A stretch of 27,854 nt of DNA. Source: Candidatus Velthaea sp. (GTDB taxonomy: Bacteria; Vulcanimicrobiota; Vulcanimicrobiia; Vulcanimicrobiales; Vulcanimicrobiaceae). The notes beneath the pieces are model-generated. The model was given only the letters and a program-made list of their open reading frames with translations. It was not told the DNA's origin and ran no database searches. Location: assembly GCA_050012475.1 (NCBI GenBank), contig JBEKHC010000112.1, forward strand, positions 1-27,854. Reading direction: 5' to 3'. Shown piece after piece: positions 15,874 through 24,960 of this stretch. A program made the translations under genes and the position numbers. Within the stretch, counting starts at the first letter, position 1. The number at the start of each line of letters is the position of its first letter.

Positions 15874-16998
15874 TTAGGCGAGGGGAAGCGTTGCGGAGGC
15901 GTGCGTGCCGCGGCCGTTGCGGTTGCGCACGCTGAAATGCGGGGCGCAGGCATTGACGATGAACAGCCCGCGCCCGCTCTCGCTCAGCTCGTCGACGGGA
16001 AGCCGTTCGCGCTTGCGCCGCGAGCGAAAGCCGGGGCCGCGGTCGAGTACGTGCAGCACCGGCAAAACATCGGTCCAGTCGAGGATGATATCAACGGGGC
16101 CGGGTGCATGGCGCACGACGTTGCCGAGTAATTCGCCGAAGATCAATTCCGCAGCGGAAAAGTCGATCGCCGCCCCGCCGGTCGCCTTCGAGCGCAGACA
16201 GGCCAGAAAAGCGCGACGCGCGCCATTGGATGCGGCGCTGCGCGAATCGAACGACCAGGCGGCGGTCCAATGCGGACGTTCGCCCTGCGCGGGCGGACTC
16301 GGATCGGCCGTCGGTACGAGCGTCAAGGCAAGCAGCGCAGCTTCGTCGTGCGAAACGCTTCCCAAGACTTGGCGCGCGATCCAGGCCGCCGGGCTGCTGC
16401 AATGAGACATGCGCTCGTCGGCGAGAACGTGACCCAGCCGCTCCACCCCGTCGACGTCGTCGGCGGATGCCTTCACGAGCGCACTCGAGTACAGCAGCAC
16501 GAGCGCGGCGCCGCGCAAGTCAACGACGACCTGAGCCGGCGGATGCTCGCAACGGGTCGGTTTGCTGGGCAACGGCACGACCGGAAGCGTGGCTACCGTC
16601 CCGTCGTGGTAGCGCACGAACGGCGGGGGATGGCCGGCGCTCACATAGGTCAAGGTGTGCTCCAGGCAATCGACGATCCCTACGACCGCGCTCGCCGAGG
16701 GCGTGCCGGCCGTGTTCCGCCAGCGTGCCACCGCGTCAGCCGCGAGCAGCAGCATCCGCGGACCCGGCACGCCGGACTTCGGATCGAAAGCGTCGCGGAT
16801 CGCCGCGATCAAGACCGACAACTCCGCTTGGCCTCCGGTCGTATTCCCAACCGAAATCACAAACCGCTCGGTCCCGGCGGCAAACACGTCCGACCAGGCC
16901 GCCTCGGTGCTGCGGCGGGTTGCCGGAACGTCGAGCACTTCAAAGCCCAACACGGCGCTCGAGGGCAGGGTTCTTTTGTCGAGTTCCGCCTGCGTCAT
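15874..16998 (-). CDS. Degenerate SpoIIE/PP2C-like domain fused to RsbW-type HATPase kinase (anti-sigma-factor-like)
   Basis: SpoIIE-like LTYVSAGHPPP. Kinase boxes ELLGNVVRHA, DRGPGF and ESGRGLFIV. Start ATG 16998 chosen over GTG 17103. Confidence 0.8.
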   Translation of the reverse strand: MTQAELDKRTLPSSAVLGFEVLDVPATRRSTEAAWSDVFAAGTERFVISVGNTTGGQAELSVLIAAIRDAFDPKSGVPGPRMLLLAADAVARWRNTAGTPSASAVVGIVDCLEHTLTYVSAGHPPPFVRYHDGTVATLPVVPLPSKPTRCEHPPAQVVVDLRGAALVLLYSSALVKASADDVDGVERLGHVLADERMSHCSSPAAWIARQVLGSVSHDEAALLALTLVPTADPSPPAQGERPHWTAAWSFDSRSAASNGARRAFLACLRSKATGGAAIDFSAAELIFGELLGNVVRHAPGPVDIILDWTDVLPVLHVLDRGPGFRSRRKRERLPVDELSESGRGLFIVNACAPHFSVRNRNGRGTHASATLPLA

Positions 16999-17280
16999 GG
17001 CGCTGCAGGCCGGCCCATCGGACGAGGTCCGGACGGATGCAAAATCAAGCTGCCGAGTCGACCAAAGCCGAGCCGCCGCTGAGGGGCACGCGCGCGCGCG
17101 CAAGAATGCATTGCATCCGTGTCACTTTCCAAGGCCGGGTTCCATCCCAGGTCCGTGACATGGTGTTCGGCAAAACTGGCCGGCTTCTTTAGCCGCTCCG
17201 CAGCCGCTCCACCCGCGCCGGGTTTGCCGGCGGAGCGTGGAATGCGGCAGCAAACCAGCATCCCCGCGAAGGAGCCCGGC

Positions 17281-18165
17281 ATGCGTTTCGTAACGTTCTC
17301 CGATCGATCCGGCAGCCGCCGACCGGGGGTGCTCGCCGGCGAAACGCTCGAACCGCTCCCCGCGGACGTCACCACGCTCGAAGCGTTCATCGCGCTCGAC
17401 CCGGCGGCGCGCCGGAGCGCGCTCGAGCGGCGCGGCCCGGCGATTGGGCTCGCGAACGTCACGCTGCAAGCGCCGCTGGCACCCCGCAAGAACGTGTTCT
17501 GCGTCGGCCGCAACTATCTCGTCCACGCCCAGGAAGGCGCCCGCGCGCGCGGTGAGAGCGACCTGAACCTGCCCAGCGTGCCGAGCTTTTTCACCAAGGC
17601 CCCGACCGCGATTGCCGGCCCCGGCGAGACGCTGCAGCTATCCGGCGCACTCAGCGCGCAATACGACTGGGAAGCCGAACTTGCGGTGGTCATCGGCGTG
17701 CGCTGCAAGGACGTGACGCCATCCGCGGCACTCGAAGTGATCTTCGGTTACACGTGCCTCAACGACGTGACCGCGCGCGATCTGCAGCGCGCGCACCAGC
17801 AATGGTTCAAAGGAAAATCGCTCGATGCGACGTGCCCGCTCGGCCCCTGGATCGTCGATACTGCAGCGCTGCCCGATCCGCAGAATCTCGCCATCGCGCT
17901 GCGCGTCGGCGGCGTGACGCGCCAGCATTCGAACACCAAGGCGATGATCTTTCCGATTCCGCGCATCATCGCCGAACTGTCGAAAGGCATGACGCTCGAG
18001 CCCGGCGACATCATCGCCACGGGAACCCCCGACGGCGTCGGCTTCGCGATGCAGCCGCCGCTCTTTCTCGCCGACGGCGACGTGATGGAAGTCGAGATCG
18101 AAGGCATCGGAATTTTACGCAACGCCGTTGCGATCAGCGCCCCCGTCCAGACCGCTTCCGTCTAG
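17281..18165 (+). CDS. Fumarylacetoacetate hydrolase family protein
   Basis: AAGGAG RBS before ATG 17281. Motifs CVGRNY-x-x-H, FFTK, DWEAELAVVIG, NDVTARDLQ, GKSLD-x-x-CPLGPW and PGDIIATGTP-x-GVG. Confidence 0.95.
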   Translation: MRFVTFSDRSGSRRPGVLAGETLEPLPADVTTLEAFIALDPAARRSALERRGPAIGLANVTLQAPLAPRKNVFCVGRNYLVHAQEGARARGESDLNLPSVPSFFTKAPTAIAGPGETLQLSGALSAQYDWEAELAVVIGVRCKDVTPSAALEVIFGYTCLNDVTARDLQRAHQQWFKGKSLDATCPLGPWIVDTAALPDPQNLAIALRVGGVTRQHSNTKAMIFPIPRIIAELSKGMTLEPGDIIATGTPDGVGFAMQPPLFLADGDVMEVEIEGIGILRNAVAISAPVQTASV

Positions 18166-18166
18166 C

Positions 18167-18535
18167 GTGATCGGATCGATCGTTGCCGCGCTGGGCGGAT
18201 TTGGGTTTTTCGCACTCGGGATCGGAGCCCTGATCGCGCCCGGCATTTCGAGCGTGCAATACGGTCTGCCGGCGACCGACCGGGCGGCGTTGGCGCTCGT
18301 GCGCGCCCTCGGCGCGCGCGATCTCGTGCTCGGCGCCATCGTGCTGCTGCTGCTTGCGGCGCGCAATCGCAGCGCGCTCGAAATCGTGCTCGGCGTTGCT
18401 ACGCTTGCCGCCGTCGGCGACGCCGTCGCGGTGAAGAGCGGGCGCAGCGACGCCGGACCTCAGCAACTCGGCGTGCACGTCGGCGGCGCGGCGGCGCTGA
18501 TCCTCGCGTGGCAACTCGTTCGCAGCGGCCGCTGA
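18167..18535 (+). CDS. Small membrane protein (DUF4267-like)
   Basis: GTG 2 nt after the FAH stop. Four hydrophobic segments with YGLP, GARDLVLG, D in helix 3 and H in helix 4. Confidence 0.75.
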   Translation: MIGSIVAALGGFGFFALGIGALIAPGISSVQYGLPATDRAALALVRALGARDLVLGAIVLLLLAARNRSALEIVLGVATLAAVGDAVAVKSGRSDAGPQQLGVHVGGAAALILAWQLVRSGR

Positions 18536-18716
18536 TTCAAACATTCTATTCACTGCTGCAGCCGAGCGCGGTGACGCAGCGCGCACCTCGTCGGACGTGC
18601 GCGTCGTGACGGCGTGCAACTGCGCCGTCGGAGTGGTTGCGACAAAAGCAGGAATCTTCCATTCAAAAAGTAGTGCAAGGGAGGACAAGTGAGCGTCTTG
18701 TTCCGATTAATGCCAA

Positions 18717-19889
18717 ATGAAGATCGCCGTTCCGAAGGAGCACGCTCCCGGTGAGAATCGGGTCGCACTCATCCCAGAAACGATTGCCAAGTTCGTCAAA
18801 GCCGGAATAGGCGTCATCGTCGAGCGCGGCGCGGGCGAACGATCGTATTACCCCGATGCCGCATACGAAGCCGCCGGAGCCAGCATCGCCGGTTCGCCGC
18901 AAGAATTGTACGCCGCGGCCGACGTCGTGACGCGGGTTGCGAAACCGACCGACGCCGAGCTCGACGCGCTGCGTCCCGGAACAATTCTCATCGGCATTCT
19001 CGCGCCGCTGGGTGACGCACCGTCGGTGGAGCGCTACGCCCAGCGCAAGCTGACCGCGTTGAGCATGGATGTGATTCCGCGGACGACCAAGGCGCAGGCC
19101 ATGGACGTGCTGTCGTCTCAAGCCAACATCGCCGGCTACAAAGCCGTGTTGATCGCCGCCGAACATCTGCCCAAGTATTTTCCGATGCTCACCACCGCCG
19201 CCGGCACCGTGAAGCCGGCGCAGGTGCTCGTGCTCGGTGCGGGCGTCGCGGGGCTTCAGGCCATTGCCACCGCGCGGCGGCTCGGCGCCGTCGTCGTCGG
19301 CTACGACGTGCGCAGCGCGGTCAAAGAACAAGTCCAGTCGCTCGGCGCGAAATTCTTGGAGATCGACGTCGGCGAGTCGGCCGAGGGAACCGGCGGTTAC
19401 GCCAAAGAGTTGTCGGCCGAGGCGATCGCAAAGCAACGTGCGGCGATGGTCAAAGCCATCGGTACCGCCGATGCGGTCATCACGACGGCCGCGATCCCGG
19501 GCCGGCGCGCGCCGTTGCTCGTCACGGCCGAAGCAGTGGCGGCGATGCGTCCGGGCAGCGTGGTCGTCGACATCGCGGCGGAGACGGGCGGCAATTGCGA
19601 ACTCACCAAGGCCGGTGAAACGGTCGTGAGCCCCAACGGGGTGCTCGTCATCGGCGTGCTCAACCTGCCGTCGACCGTTCCCACCCACGCCAGCCAACTC
19701 TATAGCCGCAACGTCCAAACACTGTTGGACTACATCATCAAAGACGGCGCGGTCGCGCTGGACATGAGCGACGAAATCGTCGCCGGGACGACGCTGGTGA
19801 ACAACGGCGAGATCGTCCACAAGCCGACCCTTGATGCACTTTCGGTACCCGGTTCGTCCGCGGTACGTTCGTCCGGAGGGACCCCGTGA
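18717..19889 (+). CDS. pntAA: NAD(P) transhydrogenase alpha subunit part 1 (soluble dI)
   Basis: MKIAVPKE...GENRVA, RTTKAQAMDVLSSQANIAGYKAV, GAGVAGLQAIATARRLGA, GGYAKE and GGNCE. Confidence 0.97.
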   Translation: MKIAVPKEHAPGENRVALIPETIAKFVKAGIGVIVERGAGERSYYPDAAYEAAGASIAGSPQELYAAADVVTRVAKPTDAELDALRPGTILIGILAPLGDAPSVERYAQRKLTALSMDVIPRTTKAQAMDVLSSQANIAGYKAVLIAAEHLPKYFPMLTTAAGTVKPAQVLVLGAGVAGLQAIATARRLGAVVVGYDVRSAVKEQVQSLGAKFLEIDVGESAEGTGGYAKELSAEAIAKQRAAMVKAIGTADAVITTAAIPGRRAPLLVTAEAVAAMRPGSVVVDIAAETGGNCELTKAGETVVSPNGVLVIGVLNLPSTVPTHASQLYSRNVQTLLDYIIKDGAVALDMSDEIVAGTTLVNNGEIVHKPTLDALSVPGSSAVRSSGGTP

Positions 19890-20194
19890 GCGAAGCCCTT
19901 TTCACCGAACTGACGGTCTTCGTCTTGGCGCTCTTCATCGGAGTCGAAGTGATCTCGAAGGTTCCGACGACGCTGCACACGCCGCTGATGTCGGCCACCA
20001 ACGCCATTCACGGCATCGTCCTCGTCGGCGCGATTCTCGTCGCCGGCACTTTTGACGCGCCGTTCAACGCGATCGTCGGCGTGATTCTCGTGATTCTGGC
20101 ATCACTCAACGTCTTCGGCGGCTTCACCGTGACCGAACGCATGCTCGAGATGTTCAAACCGCGCGCCGCCGTCGTCAAGAAAGAGACCGAATAA
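19886..20194 (+). CDS. pntAB: NAD(P) transhydrogenase alpha subunit part 2 (membrane)
   Basis: LHTPLMSATNAIHG and NVFGGF-x-VT-x-RML-x-MFK. GGAGG RBS and GTGA overlap. Confidence 0.97.
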   Translation: MSEALFTELTVFVLALFIGVEVISKVPTTLHTPLMSATNAIHGIVLVGAILVAGTFDAPFNAIVGVILVILASLNVFGGFTVTERMLEMFKPRAAVVKKETE

Positions 20195-21597
20195 TGGCCG
20201 GCGTCGCAGTCAATCCGGTCAACATCGCCTATCTCATCACCGGTGTGCTGTTCATTTTTGGCCTGCGCTATCTGAGTTCGCCCAAAACGGCTCGCATGGG
20301 CAATCGCATCGCCGCGGTCGGCATGCTCGTCGCAATCATCGCAGTGCTGACGCAAGGCATCGTGCAGTGGTGGATCATCGCACTCGGCGTCATCGTCGGG
20401 GCGGTCATCGGCATTTATTCCGGCCGCGTCGTGAAGATGACCGCGATGCCGCAAATGGTGGCGCTCTTCAACGGGGCGGGCGGCGGTGCGGCCGCGCTCG
20501 TCGCAGCGGGCGAACTGCTCAAACGCATCAACGGTAACGAGTCGCTGACGTTCGACGTGACGTTCACGATCATGCTCACGACCGTCATCGGCGCGTTGAG
20601 CTTCGCCGGTTCGATCATCGCGTTTCTCAAGCTGCAAGAGCTCATGACCGGCCGCCCGATCACGTACCCGGGCCAGCAGGTCGTGAACGCCGCCATCCTG
20701 CTGCTCGCGGTCGTCGCCGCCGGTTTCGTCATCGCGAACGTCAACATCCTGACGTGGTATTGGATTGCGCTCCTCGCGGCACTGGTCCTCGGCGTGCTCT
20801 TCGTGCTGCCGATCGGCGGCGCCGATATGCCGGTCGTCATTTCGCTGCTCAACTCGTTCACCGGCTTAGCCGCCGCCGCCACCGGCTTCGTGCTCGAAAA
20901 CAACGTGCTCATCATCTCGGGCGCGCTCGTGGGTGCCTCCGGTACGCTGCTGACGCTGCTGATGGGCAAAGCGATGAATCGCTCGATCACCAACGTGCTC
21001 TTCGGCGCCTTCGGCGCGATCCACACGAGCACGGCCGGCAGCGGCTCGTCGACCGCCGGACAGAACGTGCGCTCCGTTTCCGCCGACGACGTCGCGGCGC
21101 TGTGCGCGTATGCCAATCAAGTCATCGTCGTGCCGGGCTACGGCATGGCGGTCGCGCAGGCACAGCACAGCGTGCGCGAACTCGCCGATCAGCTCGAGAA
21201 GCGCGGCGTCGAGGTGAAATACGCGATTCATCCGGTCGCCGGACGGATGCCCGGACACATGAACGTCTTGCTGGCAGAGGCCAACGTGCCGTACACGGCA
21301 CTCTACGACATGGACGACATCAACCCGGAGTTCGACCGCACCGACGTCGCGCTCATCATCGGCGCCAACGACGTGACGAATCCCGCCGCGCGCAGCGACA
21401 AGAGTTCGCCGATCTACGGCATGCCGATCCTCAACGTCGACCACGCCGCCAATATCATCGTGCTCAAACGCTCGATGAAACCGGGCTTCGCCGGCATCGA
21501 TAACCCGCTGTACGACGATCCCAAGACCGCGATGCTCTTCGGTGACGCGAAGAAGTCGATCGACTCGGTCGTCTCGTCGGTCAAAGCGCTCTCGTAG
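20194..21597 (+). CDS. pntB: NAD(P) transhydrogenase beta subunit
   Basis: MTAMPQMVALF, IGGADMPVVISLLNS, VPGYGMAVAQAQH, HPVAGRMPGHMNVLLAEA and GAND. Confidence 0.98.
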   Translation: MAGVAVNPVNIAYLITGVLFIFGLRYLSSPKTARMGNRIAAVGMLVAIIAVLTQGIVQWWIIALGVIVGAVIGIYSGRVVKMTAMPQMVALFNGAGGGAAALVAAGELLKRINGNESLTFDVTFTIMLTTVIGALSFAGSIIAFLKLQELMTGRPITYPGQQVVNAAILLLAVVAAGFVIANVNILTWYWIALLAALVLGVLFVLPIGGADMPVVISLLNSFTGLAAAATGFVLENNVLIISGALVGASGTLLTLLMGKAMNRSITNVLFGAFGAIHTSTAGSGSSTAGQNVRSVSADDVAALCAYANQVIVVPGYGMAVAQAQHSVRELADQLEKRGVEVKYAIHPVAGRMPGHMNVLLAEANVPYTALYDMDDINPEFDRTDVALIIGANDVTNPAARSDKSSPIYGMPILNVDHAANIIVLKRSMKPGFAGIDNPLYDDPKTAMLFGDAKKSIDSVVSSVKALS

Positions 21598-21653
21598 GAA
21601 CTTCCCCCGCCCGTCACCGCGTCAACGCAAGTGCGGCGGCCTGATTGCTCCAT

Positions 21654-21691
21654 CGCAGCTTCGTGCGCCCGCAGGCGTTTTCGAAGCTGCG
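21654..21691 (+). terminator. Hairpin downstream of pnt operon, candidate terminator
   Basis: CGCAGCTTCG (21654-21663) pairs with CGAAGCTGCG (21682-21691) and encloses an inner GCGCC-CGCA-GGCGT stem followed by TTT. Confidence 0.4.
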
Positions 21692-21922
21692 CTGCGCCGA
21701 GCGCGTCCAAGCCTCGAATGGACGCGGTCGTCTGCCTGCTGCCCGGTACGCCTCCGCAACTCGTGCCCGGCGGTGGCCGGCCGGTCTGCTATACCGGGTG
21801 CCGGCAAGCTTGCCCGACGGATGGCCGGCGCGGACAACAGCGGGCTAGATCGCGGTTCGCCGTTGCACGCAACGAGGCCATGCCCGGTCCGGACGTGAAT
21901 CGATCGATGTGCAGGTGTCGCT

Positions 21923-22468
21923 CTGAACGGTACATTCGACTCGGCGGTCGTCCGAAAATACGCCGAGCGGATCGCGGCGGGCCGCTGGTTCGTCAATCTT
22001 GGTCTGCCCTTCGACGAACGCGAACTCGGCACGATCGATGCCTACGTCCGGACCGCCGGCGCGGCAAAAGCGGTGCGGGTGACCTCGTGGGACGACGCTC
22101 GCACCATCGTTAACGATGCCCGAGCCCGCGCCGATGCCGATGAGGACCTTGCCGAAGTCGAGCGGCTCAAAGCGCAAGCCCTTGCCGCGATCGACGAGCC
22201 CGCGCTCATGACGACCATGACGACCATCGTCGACGGCGGTCTGGAAATTTTCTTCGATCGTGCCGGCGCCGCCGCGCGCGCAGCCCGGATCACGGATCCG
22301 GCGGTCATCCGTGTCGCCGCCGGTGCGGCGTCCGACGCCGTCTATCGCGCCGCGCTGGCCGCCGCGGTAGGCCAACCCGACGCGCACCGATTCATCCAGC
22401 GCTACGAGCTGTTCACCAACGGCCGCTGGCCGCTCGCCCGAATCGACAACGGCGTTTACCTTTTCTAG
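21923..22468 (+). CDS. Conserved-looking alanine-rich hypothetical protein, probable CTG start
   Basis: The frame of ORF 22073..22468 stays open and protein-like for 50 codons upstream (YAERIAAGRWFVNLGLPF...IDAYV) back to CTG 21923, preceded by AGGTG. C-terminus is HRF...LF-x-x-GRWPL. Confidence 0.7.
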   Translation: MNGTFDSAVVRKYAERIAAGRWFVNLGLPFDERELGTIDAYVRTAGAAKAVRVTSWDDARTIVNDARARADADEDLAEVERLKAQALAAIDEPALMTTMTTIVDGGLEIFFDRAGAAARAARITDPAVIRVAAGAASDAVYRAALAAAVGQPDAHRFIQRYELFTNGRWPLARIDNGVYLF

Positions 22469-22522
22469 CTTCCGAAAAGACACGCGCGGATTTGTGTTCC
22501 GCGTCGTCCAACCTGCACCCGA

Positions 22523-24100
22523 ATGCCTATTCGTTCGTTAGCCGATTTCGTCAGCGTGCTTCGGGCCGCGGGCGAACTCGCCGTGGTCGAAGCGGCGGTC
22601 GACCCGTATCTGGAAATCAGCGAGATCACCGACCGGGTCGTGAAGGCAGGCGGTCCGGCGCTGCTGTTCAGCCGGGTGACCGGATCGGCATTTCCGGTGC
22701 TCACCAACGCCTTCGGCTCCGAGCGCCGGATGGCGCTGGCATTGGGCGCCGACTCGCTCGCCGGGGTGGAAGCGCGCATTCGCAAGGCAATCGACCTGTC
22801 GGTGCCGGACACGCTGGGCGGCAAGCTGGGCAAATTGCTGTCGCTCACCACCTTGGCCAGCGCGATCCCGCGCACCGTCGCCGCCGGTCCGTGCCAGGAA
22901 GTGATCGAGCGTGAACCCGACCTGCGCACTCTCCCGGTGCTCACGACCTGGCCGCTCGACGGCGGCCCGTTCGTGACCTTGCCGCTGGTCATCACCAAAG
23001 ACCCGGTGAGCGGAACGCAAAACGTCGGGATGTATCGCGTTCAGGTCTACGACCGCAACACCACGGGGATGCATTGGCAGCGGCACAAGCAAGGCCGGGC
23101 GCATGCCGAGAAATGGGGCCGGCGCATCCCCGTGGCCGTGGCGATCGGCGCCGATCCGGCGATCACCTATGCCGCAACGGCACCGCTGCCCCCGATCGTG
23201 GATGAGATGGCCCTCGCGGGTTTCTTGCGCGGCGCCCCGATCGAGATGGTCCGCTGTCAAACCATCGATCTCAAAGTGCCCGCGCACGCCGAATTCGTGC
23301 TCGAAGGCTATGTCGACAACGAGGAGTTGCGGGTCGAAGGCCCCTTCGGCGACCACACCGGGGTATACAGCCTCGCCGACTATTACCCGACCTTTCACGT
23401 CGAATGCATCACCCGCCGCCGCGCTCCGATCTACGCTGCGACGGTCGTCGGCAAACCGCCGATGGAAGACGCCTGGCTCGGCAAAGCGACGGAACGGCTC
23501 TTTCTTCCGTTGTTGCAAATGGTCGTGCCCGAGATCGTCGATTACAACCTGCCCGTCGAGGGCGGGTTTCACAATTTGGCGATCGTCGCGGTCCGTAAGA
23601 GTTATCCCGGCCAAGCCAAGAAGGTCATGAATGCACTTTGGGGTCTGGGGCATATGATGATGCTCACGCGCACGCTGCTCGTCGTCGATCACGACATCGA
23701 TCCGGCCGACGTTCGCGGCGTCGTCTGGACCGCGCTCAACAACGTCGACCCCTCGCGCGATCTCGTGATCATGCCCGGGCCCGTCGACGATCTCGACCAC
23801 AGCGGCTCGTACCTCATGTCGCTGGGCAACAAGCTGGGCATCGACGCCACGCGCAAGCGCGCCGACGAAGGCTACGCGCGCGAATGGCCGCCCGAGATCC
23901 TCATGGATGAAGCTACCCGCGCGCGCGTCAGCGCACGCTGGGCCGAATACGGCCTCGGCGATCTGCTCGCGGGCACGCCCGATGCGTGGTCCGGACAAGG
24001 CCCGCAACGGCTGCACCGTCTGTTGGCGTCGCCCTCGATGGCCGGCGGCACTCCGGCGCCGTTCGCAGCCGCCGCGCGGCGAGCCCTCGAGCCGCAATGA
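22523..24100 (+). CDS. ubiD: UbiD-family decarboxylase (menaquinone/futalosine pathway MqnL-like)
   Basis: GGPALLF, DGGPFVTLP, NVGMYR, EGPFGDHTG-x-Y, VGKPPMED and KLGIDAT. Confidence 0.95.
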   Translation: MPIRSLADFVSVLRAAGELAVVEAAVDPYLEISEITDRVVKAGGPALLFSRVTGSAFPVLTNAFGSERRMALALGADSLAGVEARIRKAIDLSVPDTLGGKLGKLLSLTTLASAIPRTVAAGPCQEVIEREPDLRTLPVLTTWPLDGGPFVTLPLVITKDPVSGTQNVGMYRVQVYDRNTTGMHWQRHKQGRAHAEKWGRRIPVAVAIGADPAITYAATAPLPPIVDEMALAGFLRGAPIEMVRCQTIDLKVPAHAEFVLEGYVDNEELRVEGPFGDHTGVYSLADYYPTFHVECITRRRAPIYAATVVGKPPMEDAWLGKATERLFLPLLQMVVPEIVDYNLPVEGGFHNLAIVAVRKSYPGQAKKVMNALWGLGHMMMLTRTLLVVDHDIDPADVRGVVWTALNNVDPSRDLVIMPGPVDDLDHSGSYLMSLGNKLGIDATRKRADEGYAREWPPEILMDEATRARVSARWAEYGLGDLLAGTPDAWSGQGPQRLHRLLASPSMAGGTPAPFAAAARRALEPQ

Positions 24101-24960
24101 ACGTCGCCGGCGTGCGGATTTTCCTCAAGGAGATCCGGGTCGAGCACACGTTGTTCGCTCTGCCGTTCGCGTACGTCGGCGCGGTGATGGCGGCGCGCGG
24201 CCTGCCGACCTTCGGGCAGCTGTTTTGGATCACGATGGCGGTGCTGGGCGCGCGCACCGCCGCGATGGCCGCCAACCGCTATTTCGACCGCGCGATCGAC
24301 CAGCGCAATCCGCGCACCGCGAAGCGCGCCGTCGCCAGCGGCGTGCTCGCGCCGTCGGTCATGCTGTGGGCAATCGCCGCCGGCATCGCGCTGCTCATCG
24401 TGAGCGCCGCACTGCTCAATCCGCTGTGCCTGATGCTGCTGCCGCTGGCGGCGCTGGGCATCGTGGTCTATCCCTTGTGCAAGCGTTTCACTTGGCTGGT
24501 GCATTTCGTGCTCGGCGCGGTCGACGCGTTTGCGCCGCTGGGAGCGTTCATCGCGATCGCCGGAACCGTTACGCTGCCGGCACTGCTGTTGTTCGTCGCC
24601 GTCACCGTCTGGGTTGCAGGCTTCGATATCTTGTACGCGCTCATGGACTACCGCTACGACGTCGAGCAAGGCCTCAACTCGGTTCCGGCCCGCTTCGGCG
24701 AACGGGCCGGGCGCGTGTTGCCCGTCGTTTTGCACGTCACGATGACGTTGGCGCTGCTGGCCGCGGGCATCTTGGCACATGCCGGATTCATCTATTTCGC
24801 CGGTGTCGCGTTAGCCGCCGTGCTGGTCGTCTATGAAGAACGCCTGATCGCCATCGCCAAAGACATCTTCGTGCTCAACGACCGCATCTTCGTCACCAAC
24901 ATGGCGTTCTCGGTTGCGTTCCTGGGCACGACGCTGGCGTCGTTCGTGCTGCCGCGATGA
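24097..24960 (+). CDS. ubiA: UbiA-family prenyltransferase (MqnP-like)
   Basis: EHTLFALPFAY, ARTAAMAANR-x-x-D-x-x-ID-x-x-NPRT, YP-x-x-KRFT and WVAGFDILYALMD are typical of the MqnP clade. ATGA overlap with ubiD. Confidence 0.93.
   Translation: MNVAGVRIFLKEIRVEHTLFALPFAYVGAVMAARGLPTFGQLFWITMAVLGARTAAMAANRYFDRAIDQRNPRTAKRAVASGVLAPSVMLWAIAAGIALLIVSAALLNPLCLMLLPLAALGIVVYPLCKRFTWLVHFVLGAVDAFAPLGAFIAIAGTVTLPALLLFVAVTVWVAGFDILYALMDYRYDVEQGLNSVPARFGERAGRVLPVVLHVTMTLALLAAGILAHAGFIYFAGVALAAVLVVYEERLIAIAKDIFVLNDRIFVTNMAFSVAFLGTTLASFVLPR

Noticed and set aside
15693..15935. Repeat-encoded peptide ORFs (MAFDPS...; also MAFGPS... at 26148)
   Set aside because: Unit lengths are not multiples of three, there is no RBS, and the ORFs run antisense into real genes.
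18536..18716. Rex operator or riboswitch upstream of pnt
   Set aside because: No TTGTGAA-N4-TTCACAA-like palindrome or recognisable aptamer, only short GC stems and an AT-richer promoter-like patch.
18717..21597. Split pntA as a frameshifted pseudogene
   Set aside because: The three-subunit transhydrogenase arrangement is well known, and pntAB has its own GGAGG RBS.
24901..24910. ATGGCGTTC match to the repeat inside ubiA
   Set aside because: A 9-nt match encoding MAF with no hairpin following; expected by chance.
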